Shown here: piece by piece, positions 39,501-49,721 of the stretch
Layout: every line of letters begins with the position of its first letter
Numbering within the stretch: position 1 is the first letter of the stretch
The notes under the pieces: model-generated
Told to the model about the DNA's origin: nothing
Databases searched by the model: none
The model's input: only the letters and a program-made list of their open reading frames with translations
Program-made: the position numbers and the translations under genes
NCBI GenBank assembly: GCA_964513645.1
Contig: CAZENF010000001.1
Location: forward strand, 7,303 to 71,302
Direction: 5' to 3'
Origin: an uncultured Candidatus Saccharibacteria bacterium
Lineage (GTDB): Bacteria > Patescibacteriota > Minisyncoccia > 2-02-FULL-40-12 > GWA2-44-9
DNA length: 64,000 bases

Positions 39501-40448
39501 ATGAGAAAAACAATATTCTACGGAGTTATTGCATTTACGATAGTCGGCGGAACTTATTTTTATTTCACGAAGGTTGCGGCTTGTCGAAGTCCGTTGGCTT
39601 ATGATATCGGGGCTTTCGATAACAGGTTCGGCGTCAATAAGGATAAATTTTTGAAAACCGCCAAAGAAGCCGAGTCTATTTGGGAAAAAAGTTCGGGCCA
39701 GGATTTGCTGGTTTACAAACCTGGAGCCGGTTTAAAAATAAACCTTATTTTTGACGAGCGTCAGGCCAATACAATAGCCGCAAATACTTCAAAAACGAAC
39801 ATTCAAGGCACTCGGACCGATTATGATGCTATGGTCGTGGAATATAAATCAAAATCTTCAGCTTACGATCAAGCTTTGAATAATTACAACTCAAGTGTTG
39901 CAGATTTTGAAACCCGCCTGAATGACTATAATCAACGGGTTCAGACAGCCAACAATGGAAAAGGCGCGGATTCGTCCCAATATAAACAGTTTGAGAATGA
40001 AAGAAAACAATTGGAAGCCGAGAAAGCAAGTTTAGACAACGAAAGAACCGTTCTTAATCAGTCGGCAGCAGAACTTAACTCTTTGGCCGACCAAATAAAC
40101 CAGCTTGGTAACCAGCTCAATATTCAAGTCGATATATTTAACCAACGTTTTGGAGTGGCAAAAGAATTTGACCAAGGCCAGTACAACGGCAAAGCCATAA
40201 ACATTTACCAATTTGATACAATAGGAGATCTGCGGCTGGTTATTGCTCACGAAATGGGCCACGCCCTCGGTCTTGGACATGTTCAAAATCCAAAATCTGT
40301 AATGTACTATCTGATGCAAAAACAAGATGTTGCAAACCCGACCTTAAGTCAGGAGGACAAAGATGCTTTAACAGCGTTGTGCACGCCTCACATACCGAAA
40401 CTTCAGGAACTTTTTAATTATGTTCCTCATATGGACCAAAGTAATTAG
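39501..40448 (+). CDS. Matrixin-family metalloprotease with coiled-coil insert
   Basis: HEMGHALGLGH, SVMY Met-turn, N-terminal TM. Confidence 0.88.
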   Translation: MRKTIFYGVIAFTIVGGTYFYFTKVAACRSPLAYDIGAFDNRFGVNKDKFLKTAKEAESIWEKSSGQDLLVYKPGAGLKINLIFDERQANTIAANTSKTNIQGTRTDYDAMVVEYKSKSSAYDQALNNYNSSVADFETRLNDYNQRVQTANNGKGADSSQYKQFENERKQLEAEKASLDNERTVLNQSAAELNSLADQINQLGNQLNIQVDIFNQRFGVAKEFDQGQYNGKAINIYQFDTIGDLRLVIAHEMGHALGLGHVQNPKSVMYYLMQKQDVANPTLSQEDKDALTALCTPHIPKLQELFNYVPHMDQSN

Positions 40449-40462
40449 AGTTCGGTTCCTTA

Positions 40463-41035
40463 TCATTCCTTAGTCACTCTCTCAACATATTCACCGGTTC
40501 CGGTATTTATCCGGACGATATCTCCTTGATTAATAAAAAGAGGGGTATTTATCATAGCGCCTGTTTCTATTTTCACCTGCTTAACCCCGCCTTGAGCCGT
40601 ATCACCTCTGACAGCCGGAGGCGCTTCGATAACTTTATAATCCATTTTTACCGGCAATTCGACGGTGATTATCTTATCTTCGAAAGAAACGGCTTCGAGG
40701 GTGGTATTCGGTTTTAAAAATTTGGTTGAATCTCCCAGAATATCTTGCCCGAGCTCAAAGCGTTTTGAAGGATCGTTCTCCTGACAAAACCAAAACTGGT
40801 CTCGGTGACTATAAAGGTATTTAACTTTTAATTTTTCCACATCGGCTTCTTCAAAGACGTCCGATTGGGCAAAATTTCTTTCGAGTATCTTCCCGTTTAT
40901 AAGATTACGCATCCTGACCTGGACTGTCGGCCGGCGTTGCTGCATTTTTAAATGATGGGTATCCAAAACAACATAGGGCTGACCCTCGTACAGGAAAAAG
41001 GTCTTAGATTTTAGCTCGTTTACTCCTAATGACAT
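40463..41035 (-). CDS. efp: Elongation factor P
   Basis: PPAVRGDT, ETGA.I..PLFI..GD...INT.TGEYVER. Confidence 0.95.
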   Translation of the reverse strand: MSLGVNELKSKTFFLYEGQPYVVLDTHHLKMQQRRPTVQVRMRNLINGKILERNFAQSDVFEEADVEKLKVKYLYSHRDQFWFCQENDPSKRFELGQDILGDSTKFLKPNTTLEAVSFEDKIITVELPVKMDYKVIEAPPAVRGDTAQGGVKQVKIETGAMINTPLFINQGDIVRINTGTGEYVERVTKE

Positions 41036-41089
41036 ATTAGATAAAACAACTCTGATATTATATCAAAAAGGGGTTATAATTACAAATTT

Positions 41090-41863
41090 TTATTTTTTAA
41101 ACATAAGAGTTCCCAAAAATATCGCCCCGGCGGATAGGATTATTGTCGGACCGGGACTTATGCCGAAATAATTAGCAATAAGGATGCCCAGAAGAGAGGA
41201 CAGGCCTCCGAAAATAAGGGATAATTTATTGTATTGGGCAAGGTTTACGGATACGTTTTTGGCCGCCGCCGCCGGAATAATAACCAATGAGCCTGTCAGG
41301 ACCGTTCCAGCAACTTTGACACCGAGAGCAACAATGAAAGCAACGAGAAAAAGAAAAATAAAATTTATTCTGTTGATGGGGATTTTCAAGGCTTGAGCAA
41401 GTTCTTTTGAAATTATACCTAACATCAGGCGTTCCGATATTTGTTTTATAACAAGAATTATAATTATGGTCAGACTTAAGGTCAGCCAGAGATCGAACAG
41501 ATTTATCTTTGAAATATCACCGAATAATGCCTCGAGAAGTTCCGGTTCAGGAGTTAAAAGAAATCCCAAAGCCAAACTTAAAGTGAACATTATCCCGACA
41601 AGGGTTTCTGAAGGAAGTTCTGTCTTTTTTTCAAGAAGCCAGATAAGATTGATGGCCAGAAAAAGCGCCGCAAAAGCTCCGAAAAAAGGATTTATTTTAA
41701 ACAATAAAGCGACAGCAATCCCCGGTAAAGCAACATGTGATAACGCATCCCCGACGAGAGACATTCGGCGCAAGACCATGAATGAGCCGACATAGCCGGC
41801 GCCTAAGCCGATCAATATTCCTGTCGCCAGTTGAATAAGAAAATAATTAGTCATGATCGCCAT
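41090..41863 (-). CDS. Zn/Mn ABC transporter permease (ZnuB-like)
   Basis: RRMSLVGDALSHVALPG, LFGDI. Confidence 0.9.
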   Translation of the reverse strand: MAIMTNYFLIQLATGILIGLGAGYVGSFMVLRRMSLVGDALSHVALPGIAVALLFKINPFFGAFAALFLAINLIWLLEKKTELPSETLVGIMFTLSLALGFLLTPEPELLEALFGDISKINLFDLWLTLSLTIIIILVIKQISERLMLGIISKELAQALKIPINRINFIFLFLVAFIVALGVKVAGTVLTGSLVIIPAAAAKNVSVNLAQYNKLSLIFGGLSSLLGILIANYFGISPGPTIILSAGAIFLGTLMFKK

Positions 41864-42578
41864 GTTGATAGAAACCGGCTTCTCCGCCGTATAATTTGGC
41901 CAGAGAGGCGGGATCCAGAACGCTCGCAGGAATTCCGTAACATATCATCTCTTTGTTAAGACACAGAACATTGTTGGCATATTTATAAACTATATTGAGG
42001 TCATGGGATATCAGGAGGATGGTCATTTTTCTTTCATCATGAAGTTTTTTAAGAAGATTATATACCGTTTCTTCGCCGCCAAGATCAATTCCCGCGGTCG
42101 GCTCATCAAAGAGAAGAATGTCCGGATTATCAAGTAACGCCCAGGCGATAAGAACCCGTTGAAGCTGGCCTCCGGACAACCAGCCCAGACGTTGTTTAAG
42201 GACGTGCTGTTCGATATGGTATTCCGAATGGTGTTGGGATTTACCTGTCATTATGCCCAAAGAATTTAAAATATCGACTATCTCATTGATATTTTTCTTT
42301 TTAAATTTTAAAAACTCTTCAACACTCAAAGGTAACTCGTGGTCGACAGAGATCTTTTGGGGGACATAGCTGATCTTTAAATCTTTGGCCCATTCAACTT
42401 GCCCGGTGTAAGGCAAAAGGCCTAAAAGCGTCTTAAACAAAACAGATTTGCCGGCACCATTCGGCCCGATCACAGCCATAACGTCGCCCTTATTAACTGA
42501 AAAGCTAAGGTCCTTCAGAATAGGGTCGGAACCAAAAGAAACCTTTAAGTTCTCGACTTTTAAAATAGTTTCGGACAT
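41847..42578 (-). CDS. Zn/Mn ABC transporter ATPase (ZnuC-like)
   Basis: GPNGAGKS, LSGGQLQR, DEPTAG, SHDL. Confidence 0.92.
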   Translation of the reverse strand: MSETILKVENLKVSFGSDPILKDLSFSVNKGDVMAVIGPNGAGKSVLFKTLLGLLPYTGQVEWAKDLKISYVPQKISVDHELPLSVEEFLKFKKKNINEIVDILNSLGIMTGKSQHHSEYHIEQHVLKQRLGWLSGGQLQRVLIAWALLDNPDILLFDEPTAGIDLGGEETVYNLLKKLHDERKMTILLISHDLNIVYKYANNVLCLNKEMICYGIPASVLDPASLAKLYGGEAGFYQHGDHD

Positions 42579-42668
42579 GTTAATTAAATAATATCATTAT
42601 TTTTCAGGATTAGCCATCAAATAACCAACTTCTTTACTTTTTAATAAATCTATGTTATAATTTAAAAC

Positions 42669-43472
42669 ATGGAAGAAAGCTCAATAAATCCTATAAAATA
42701 CGTGGTCATCTTAGGTTTAATCTTCGTTATAATTGCGGGTCTTTTTCTGTTGCCTTTGATAGCAATTAAAGCCCAGACCAACAGTTCTTTCAGTCAATCC
42801 ATTGCCGGTAGCACGATCTGTTCGGCAGGTTTAGGCTGCAACCAACCGAAAACTTCTGGTCAGACCGGCCAGACTTCTCAAACCACGCAAAGTGCTTCAA
42901 CTAATATTTTACCTTTTAACCTTTTTGGCGGCGGCTCTGATACCGGAAGTAAGGCCGGCGCGCCGGTCCTTACGATAGTTAATGTTGAAGGCGATACCGC
43001 CGTTTATAGGATAATTAACGGTCTTAAACACTCTATACCAACAACCCAAATATTTTACAGCTACAACCTGACCCTCGATATGGTTCAAAAGGTCACACCG
43101 GAAGAACTGGCCCAGTATCCGACTGCCCGGCTTTTCCAAGTTGAAGGAGACGACACCAAAACAGTTTACTACCTGACGGACAATGGAATGGTGAGGCCGA
43201 TATTGAACGACAAGGTTTTTTACTCATATGGCGACAGGAAAGAAGATATAATCACCATAAATCAAAAAGAGTTTAATTATTATCCTCGCGATCAGTATAT
43301 ATTCGTTGAAAGACCGACCGTCGACCGCGAGATATATCAAATAACCGGCGGCGTGAAAAGATATCTGACTCCGGTTGCGGTCAAAAGAATGAACCTAAAA
43401 GAATCCGAGATCGCCCCGATAAACCAGACCGAATTTGATGCTTATCCTGACGGTGAATCGATAATATTCTAA
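42669..43472 (+). CDS. Membrane-anchored surface protein with three internal ~50-aa repeats
   Basis: N-terminal TM; VY.I..G.K..I.....F.SY......I...E...YP pattern three times. Confidence 0.7.
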   Translation: MEESSINPIKYVVILGLIFVIIAGLFLLPLIAIKAQTNSSFSQSIAGSTICSAGLGCNQPKTSGQTGQTSQTTQSASTNILPFNLFGGGSDTGSKAGAPVLTIVNVEGDTAVYRIINGLKHSIPTTQIFYSYNLTLDMVQKVTPEELAQYPTARLFQVEGDDTKTVYYLTDNGMVRPILNDKVFYSYGDRKEDIITINQKEFNYYPRDQYIFVERPTVDREIYQITGGVKRYLTPVAVKRMNLKESEIAPINQTEFDAYPDGESIIF

Positions 43473-43512
43473 ACTCTATAAAACAAATTTATTAAAAAAT
43501 ATCACATTTTAA

Positions 43513-43713
43513 TTTAATCCCGAAATTATAATCTTAGGCGGGGGAATAATTTTCAGCAATGGTCATCTTTTGACTGAAACCTTAAAGAAGTTAGAAGAAT
43601 TTTCAGAGTCAGACAAAAATAAAATTCCTGCAATTGAGTTTGCCCAAACCGGACATAAGGTTAATCTCGGAGCGGCAAAATATGCATTTGACTCGTTGGA
43701 GCTTAAAAAATAA
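43513..43713 (+). pseudogene. C-terminal fragment of a ROK-family sugar kinase/regulator
   Basis: Start-less frame FNPEIIILGGGIIFSNGHLL...NLGAAKYAF, preceded by in-frame TAA. Confidence 0.6.
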
Positions 43714-43742
43714 AAGAGGCCTGTCGGCCTCTTTTGGTTTTC

Positions 43743-45311
43743 TTATCTTGCGTCAAAGAACATCAATTCTTTGTGTTTTTCAAGCAATTCTTTCCTAATG
43801 ATATGGGTCTTGATTATATCCTGATAGGTCAAGGCGCTGGGTCGGACACTCCTTTCCAAATTACTTTCTCGGTCTATTTTTATCAGACCGAAATGAGAGA
43901 AAGAAGCATCTCCTGGCTCCCAAGTATCGACCAAGGACCAATACTGGTAACCAAGAATGTTGACCCCATTTTCCATCGCGTCGTGGATAGCTTTTAAATG
44001 TATGACCATAAATTCTTCCCTGAACCTATCTTCCGGATCATCAATACCGTTCTCGGTGATCACTATTGGTAAACCATAATCTTTGAATTTCATTATAAGA
44101 TCATACAATCCTTGCGGATAGAATTCCTTGGGTCTCAAGCCTTGAGGAAAAGTATCCGGGCCGAACCACTGGACCGCGAAGGGTTTATTGGCGGTCAGCC
44201 ATGAGAGAACATAGTTCGCCAAAGAAATATGGAGCTTAAGTTTTGCCCGACCGTAATAATTCAATCCGATGAAATCCCTGTCTGTCTTCCCCGCAAAAGA
44301 ATCGAGTGAAAGAGTATAAATGAGATTAAAAAAATTATCTGCCAGCTTATCCAGGTCCGAGTCTTTATCATAAGGGTAAAAAGCGCCCGGAGCGGAAGCA
44401 AAACTTACCATGATCTTGTCTCTTTGACCGGTACCGTAACCCATAACCAGATGGATAGACCGATAAGCCAGACGGTGTCCATCGAGAATGTTTGAAGCAA
44501 CGCGCATCATTCTGGCAAAACCTTCCTTGTCCTGTAAATTTGAAATCCCTTTGAACGGCGGCCAACTGCCGTTTCCGTAAGGCACAATAATGCTGAACTG
44601 TGGCTCGTTAAAGGTAAGCCACCATTTAATTTTAAGAGGTATTCCGATATTTTTAGCGACAAATTCGGCATATCTTCCGTAATAGTAAGATGCGTGTTGA
44701 TCTTCCCATCCGCCTTTCTCTGCGAACCATTGAGGAAGCGGAAAGTGGTTAAGACATATCATCGGCTCAATACCACGCTTTTTCATAAAAGAAAAAATTT
44801 CCCTATATTTACGGACAGCGGACATATCCCATTCTCCTTCTTCAGGTTCTATTCTTGCCCATTCAAGTGATATCCGGTGAACTTGAGTTAATTTGCGGCC
44901 CCCTGCGGTAGCCAGGTCAAAGTCTTCACGATAACGTTCGTACAGCTCATTAGCCGTTCCTGGATAGACCGGTTCTTGTTCCAAACCTTTCTTTGCTATA
45001 GAATCTTTTTTTAGAATTTCAGTTAACTTGTCCCAATTAACTTCCCAATCCGAATTCGGACTTAAACCTTGAGTTTGAAAATCAGAATAAGATGTACCAA
45101 AAAAGAAATCGTCCGGAAAAACGATATCCTCAAAGATCTTGTTTTTGGAAACCGGCTGTGGCGTTTCTTTTTTAACCTCGGTACTTTCCGAAGATAAATT
45201 CTGATGTTTTTTATTTACTTCGTTACGCCAGCCAACAAAATAGCCGGTCATAAAAATACCAATTACGAGGATGGCAAGAAAAACAAATCTCAATATAATA
45301 GCTTTGAGCAT
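43743..45311 (-). CDS. Glycoside hydrolase family 1 with N-terminal membrane anchor
   Basis: FPDDFFFG, RISLEWARIEP, TFNEP (acid/base), ITENG (nucleophile). Confidence 0.92.
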   Translation of the reverse strand: MLKAIILRFVFLAILVIGIFMTGYFVGWRNEVNKKHQNLSSESTEVKKETPQPVSKNKIFEDIVFPDDFFFGTSYSDFQTQGLSPNSDWEVNWDKLTEILKKDSIAKKGLEQEPVYPGTANELYERYREDFDLATAGGRKLTQVHRISLEWARIEPEEGEWDMSAVRKYREIFSFMKKRGIEPMICLNHFPLPQWFAEKGGWEDQHASYYYGRYAEFVAKNIGIPLKIKWWLTFNEPQFSIIVPYGNGSWPPFKGISNLQDKEGFARMMRVASNILDGHRLAYRSIHLVMGYGTGQRDKIMVSFASAPGAFYPYDKDSDLDKLADNFFNLIYTLSLDSFAGKTDRDFIGLNYYGRAKLKLHISLANYVLSWLTANKPFAVQWFGPDTFPQGLRPKEFYPQGLYDLIMKFKDYGLPIVITENGIDDPEDRFREEFMVIHLKAIHDAMENGVNILGYQYWSLVDTWEPGDASFSHFGLIKIDRESNLERSVRPSALTYQDIIKTHIIRKELLEKHKELMFFDAR

Positions 45312-45331
45312 GCTCCCTCTTTGTGAAGGTA

Positions 45332-46294
45332 CTATTCCAGCACAGAGCCGGGGAAATCTGGATGGCCGTTGAGAAATGATTTGGCATCCATTATTTTTCC
45401 GCCCTCAAGCTGGATCTGCTTGAGAATTAAATAGCATTTTTTGGTCGTTACTGCAATTAAACCGTTGTGGATTTTCATCACGGTTCCAGGCGCTTTTTGT
45501 TCTTCTTTTTCGAGGCAAAATATTTCGGTATCTAAGATGTTCAAAACCTTGCCGTTCCATTTTGTCCAGGTTCCCGGCTCCGGATTAAGAGCTCTGGTTT
45601 TATTCCAGATATCCTTAGCCGACAGATTCCAATTTATCCGGCCCGAATCACGGTTCAGAAGTTTGGTAAAAGTGGCTTCCGCATCATTTTGGACCTGAAA
45701 TTTAAGTTCGGATGAGATATATTTTGGCAGAACATCAATTAAAAGTTCGGCTCCAAGTTTTGCCAAATCCTCTTCCGTCTCTTTATAATTTTGAGCAGTT
45801 GACAATTGGTAACCGATAACTGCTAAGACCGGCCCGTGGTCAATCTTTTCATCCATCTTCATTATTGTAACCCCAGTTTTTTCGTCGCCATTGAGAATTG
45901 CATTTTGGATAGGGGAGGGTCCGCGGTATTTAGGAAGGAGTGACGGATGTATGTTTATAAAACCATAATGCGGTAAATCAAGATACCGGGCCGGAATTAT
46001 TTTACCGTAAGCGGCGAGAACACACATATCCGGCTCGAGATTTTTGAATTGTTTAAAGAAATCGTCATTCTTCAGATCGTGTGGTTCAAAAACAGAAATA
46101 TTATTTTCTTCGGCAAGTTTCTTGACTGGACTAGGGATAGTGATTCTTTTCCTTCCGGCTGGTTTTTCGGGTTGAGTAATGACGGCCTTAACATTGTATC
46201 CGAAATTGATAAGATTTTTCAAGGTCGGAACTGCAAAGGATGAGGTACCGAAAAACAAGGTTTTAACTGGTTTATTTTGTTCTTGATTTATCAT
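45332..46294 (-). CDS. fmt: Methionyl-tRNA formyltransferase
   Basis: FFGTSSFA, NIHPSLLPKYRGPSPI, QLEGGK. Confidence 0.96.
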   Translation of the reverse strand: MINQEQNKPVKTLFFGTSSFAVPTLKNLINFGYNVKAVITQPEKPAGRKRITIPSPVKKLAEENNISVFEPHDLKNDDFFKQFKNLEPDMCVLAAYGKIIPARYLDLPHYGFINIHPSLLPKYRGPSPIQNAILNGDEKTGVTIMKMDEKIDHGPVLAVIGYQLSTAQNYKETEEDLAKLGAELLIDVLPKYISSELKFQVQNDAEATFTKLLNRDSGRINWNLSAKDIWNKTRALNPEPGTWTKWNGKVLNILDTEIFCLEKEEQKAPGTVMKIHNGLIAVTTKKCYLILKQIQLEGGKIMDAKSFLNGHPDFPGSVLE

Positions 46295-46328
46295 AGTTTA
46301 TATGGTATAATATCAAAGGAGGTGGGAA

Positions 46329-46577
46329 TTGGAACAGTTCATTTCATATTTGTCACTGCACGTAGTTGCGACCGGAACAGTGATCTTCTTTCTCGGGCTG
46401 ATGCTCCTCGTGAGCGGTGCAATCGGATCGATGGTTCAGTTGCCCATGATTCAGAGCTGTCGCCGACACCGGCTCGCTCTCTACAAGAGCTGGTCGGGCA
46501 CACTGGTCCAGATCGGCGGTTCAATCATGGTCATCGCATTTCTGATGGTCTTACTCATCACCGAATACCCCATATAA
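46329..46577 (+). CDS. Small two-TM membrane protein
   Basis: SD aaggaggtg, TTG start, TG-TATAAT upstream, two hydrophobic stretches. Confidence 0.6.
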   Translation: MEQFISYLSLHVVATGTVIFFLGLMLLVSGAIGSMVQLPMIQSCRRHRLALYKSWSGTLVQIGGSIMVIAFLMVLLITEYPI

Positions 46578-46586
46578 GGAGCAGCC

Positions 46587-46760
46587 ATGTTTTTACTGAC
46601 CACTGTTCTACTCGCTCTCGGATTCTTCGGCGTCCGTTGGGCCTTCCAGGTTGCCAAGAGCAACAAGGACAGGGCAACCAACGTACTCACGGCGGCCACG
46701 GGTTGCATCTTCATCCTTTGCGGGATCGCAGGTGTGATCCTCCTGGTCTACAGACCGTGA
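46587..46760 (+). CDS. Small two-TM membrane protein, 57 aa (not in ORF track)
   Basis: SD aaggag; MFLLTTVLLALGFFGVRWAF...IFILCGIAGVILLVYRP; hairpin ggcccgcg-taaaa-cgcgggcc follows. Confidence 0.6.
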   Translation: MFLLTTVLLALGFFGVRWAFQVAKSNKDRATNVLTAATGCIFILCGIAGVILLVYRP

Positions 46761-46799
46761 CCACTTCTCTCTGACGGCCCGCGTAAAACGCGGGCCTCA

Positions 46800-47255
46800 C
46801 TATTTTTTAAACCTGTCTTTTATCGTCAGTCCGTTCAAATGATCGGTCTCATGCTGGATAACTCTGGCCAAGAAACTCTTGGCTTTTAGTTTAACTTTCT
46901 CACCTTTCTCGCTCATAAATTTTATCCTTATTTTCTTTGAGCGTTTTATCTTGGCATAATACTCTGGAATAGAAAGACAACCTTCTTCAACCTCGTCTTT
47001 TTCTTTTGAATATTCAGTTATCTCGGGATTTATGTATACTTCGGGAGCGTTCTTGTCTTCGGCAAATTTTGGGTCAACGACAAAGATGGCCAAGTCTTTG
47101 CCGATCTGATTGGCAGCTAAACCGACGCCTTGATTTGCTTTCATGGTTTCTTTCATGGTCAAAATCAGTTCCTTAAAGGAACCTTTCTTGATATCTTCTA
47201 TCGACACCTGTTTTATCTTCCTTTTTAAGATTTTATCAGGAAGTTTAGTTATCAT
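46800..47255 (-). CDS. def: Peptide deformylase
   Basis: GVGLAANQ, EGCLS, QHETDH. Confidence 0.96.
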   Translation of the reverse strand: MITKLPDKILKRKIKQVSIEDIKKGSFKELILTMKETMKANQGVGLAANQIGKDLAIFVVDPKFAEDKNAPEVYINPEITEYSKEKDEVEEGCLSIPEYYAKIKRSKKIRIKFMSEKGEKVKLKAKSFLARVIQHETDHLNGLTIKDRFKK

Positions 47256-47300
47256 TTATATTAAAAATTAACACTTAAGGATATCACAAAAAAATGAATA

Positions 47301-49175
47301 TTACAAAATAGATCTTGGGTCTACGTCAATGCTCCAGTCCGAGGGTACAAAGCGGTTTATTTCATCCGGCCTTTGTTCGGGTGATATTTTTAAGATGATG
47401 TTGTTTATATATCTGTTTTTTTCTTTTTCGATGAAAGCCGGGGACGGGCCGATGAGTTTGACTTTATCTTCCGCTTTTTTCTGGTTTATAGCCATTTTTA
47501 ATTTTTCGCTCAATATTCTCGCTTCATAAGCGCCCTTATTTTTATCGTAGGATAGATAAGATAATTTTATCAGTCTGACAAAGGGTGGATAACCAAAAGT
47601 TTTCCTGATGCCCAATTCCTGATCATAGAACCCTTGATAATTCCCAGAACCGATGAAATTTAAGATCCCGCTGGCCGGCTCATAGGTTTGAGCAATCACA
47701 GTTGCCGGTTCAAAATCCAGAAGTTTCTGGAATTGTATCATTAATTGCTCTTCGGCTTTAAAATCAGGTATCGACATCAGACTGTCTATACTTTGAATAC
47801 CGATAAGGTCGAAGCTAAGCTCAAAACGATGACTGAATATCGCCTGCGTAGCAATGCAGATCTCAGGCTGGTTTTCTAATAAATTTTTATCCGAATCAGC
47901 GTCGAAAACAACAACTTTTTTTTGGCTTCCGGTTCTTTGGATGATATCTTCCAAAAATTCTTTTATCTTCTCACTACCTGCGAAACCGGCCGCTTTTAGT
48001 TTATAACTGTGGCAATTAGGACAACTGTCGGGGAATTTATAGGAAGACGAGCAACGACGACAAATAAGCGATTTATCCGGCAAAACATGAACCTTCAAAG
48101 GTACTGCGCACTGGGGACATTTGAAATGAAAACCGCAATTCTGGCAAAGAAGATAACTCGCATATCCTCTCCGACCAGAAAATATTAATATTTTTTTATC
48201 TTCTTTCAATTTTAACTCGATGGCTCCGGCTAATTCTCGGCTAAAAACAGAAAAATTACCACTCTTTATTTCCTGCACCATATCCTCAACCTTGAGTTCA
48301 CTCTTAAAAGGAGATCTTTTGTCCTTTAGGTCAGAGGTGCCGTTTTTTGATAAAAAATAATTTACGATATCGGGAATTTGTGAAATAAAAATGATTTCAG
48401 CCGAATTTATTTCTGAAATTTTGAATACCAACTCCTTGGTATTATATTTAGGAGACATCTCCGATTTATATGCTTCATTAGACGGATCTTCCATTATTAT
48501 CAGACCCAGGTCCAAAAAATTCGCAAAAAGAGCCTGTCGTGTACCGATAATTAGCTGTACCTCACCAGAAGCAATTTTGTTCCAAGCGGCATAGGTCCGG
48601 CCGGCGGGTATTTTACTGTGCAAAATTTCCGTTTTGTAATCTCCGGAAAAATATTGATATATTGTTTCAGCAATAAATATTTCGGGAACAATTATCAGGA
48701 CCTGTTTTTTATCTTTCAATTTTTTCTTCATTTCCGGTTCGATGTTTTTGATAAGATCTTTGGTTCTGGATAATAAAATCATCGGCTTTATACCTTCTTG
48801 TTTTTTGTTTTTAACGGGATAGAATACGAATTCTTTTTTTAAAAAGAAAGGCGGCAGAACAGTCTTAAGACAAAGACCCAGCGGAGCAAAGTAATTTTTA
48901 GAAAGCCAGAGGGCAAGTTTGAACCGGTCATCAGATACAAGAGATGTTTCGTTAATAACCGTCGAGATCTTTTTTAGCTGAAAATTTGAACCTTTCAGAA
49001 CCATTTTCTGCGATTCGACCGGCAAAGAAGAGGCAACGACCCCGTTAATTTTGCGGTTATTCATCAAAATTTCGACGACCGAACCCTTAACCAAGGGCCG
49101 GTCAAAAAAATAGCTCAATATCTGCGGGACCTGCGGTGGAAGATTTGTCAGGGGTATAACCTCGATTATTTCCAT
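47301..49175 (-). CDS. priA: Primosomal protein N' with degenerate helicase motifs
   Basis: RRGYA, four CxxC pairs, YPPF; Walker A and DExH not recognisable. Confidence 0.88.
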   Translation of the reverse strand: MEIIEVIPLTNLPPQVPQILSYFFDRPLVKGSVVEILMNNRKINGVVASSLPVESQKMVLKGSNFQLKKISTVINETSLVSDDRFKLALWLSKNYFAPLGLCLKTVLPPFFLKKEFVFYPVKNKKQEGIKPMILLSRTKDLIKNIEPEMKKKLKDKKQVLIIVPEIFIAETIYQYFSGDYKTEILHSKIPAGRTYAAWNKIASGEVQLIIGTRQALFANFLDLGLIIMEDPSNEAYKSEMSPKYNTKELVFKISEINSAEIIFISQIPDIVNYFLSKNGTSDLKDKRSPFKSELKVEDMVQEIKSGNFSVFSRELAGAIELKLKEDKKILIFSGRRGYASYLLCQNCGFHFKCPQCAVPLKVHVLPDKSLICRRCSSSYKFPDSCPNCHSYKLKAAGFAGSEKIKEFLEDIIQRTGSQKKVVVFDADSDKNLLENQPEICIATQAIFSHRFELSFDLIGIQSIDSLMSIPDFKAEEQLMIQFQKLLDFEPATVIAQTYEPASGILNFIGSGNYQGFYDQELGIRKTFGYPPFVRLIKLSYLSYDKNKGAYEARILSEKLKMAINQKKAEDKVKLIGPSPAFIEKEKNRYINNIILKISPEQRPDEINRFVPSDWSIDVDPRSIL

Positions 49176-49264
49176 GATTATCTTTCATCTTACAGATTTG
49201 ATAGTTAAAACCAAAATTGACTTTTACTAAAATAAGGTGTATAATTAAGACAAAGGAGTAAGTT

Positions 49265-49609
49265 ATGAGATTTCTATCAGTTCTTTGTCTTCTCTCCATA
49301 ACGACAGGCATCGGCGTATCAGCGGATGAACCGATAAAGCTTCGTCTGGGATCGGCGTTCGATAGCGCCACCGCCAATGCGGCCGTCATTGCCAGGATCG
49401 AGAAAGATCCTGACAACCATAAGCTTCAAGTTGCTTGCATGTCAGAAGATTTTTTTCGTTCAAGTGAAAAAGATCTTGATGGGGAAAACACGCCCTCCGA
49501 GATCCGCTTCGAGTTCAAACTCGACCGTGGAAAATACGAGTGCACAGGCACCCTGACCAGACAGGGTCAGAAGGACCTGGTCGCAACCACAGGTTTCTAC
49601 ATCCGATAG
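49265..49609 (+). CDS. Secreted hypothetical protein
   Basis: SD aaggag, TTGACT...TG-TATAAT, signal peptide, two Cys. Confidence 0.6.
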   Translation: MRFLSVLCLLSITTGIGVSADEPIKLRLGSAFDSATANAAVIARIEKDPDNHKLQVACMSEDFFRSSEKDLDGENTPSEIRFEFKLDRGKYECTGTLTRQGQKDLVATTGFYIR

Positions 49610-49721
49610 GAGAAAAAAGATGGAGACCGAGAACTGGCCCCCACGCGCTTAAACTATAAAAGTTATGGCGTCTGGGGGCTTTCACGTTGTTAAATCCCAA
49701 TTTTTGCTATAAAATCAGGAT

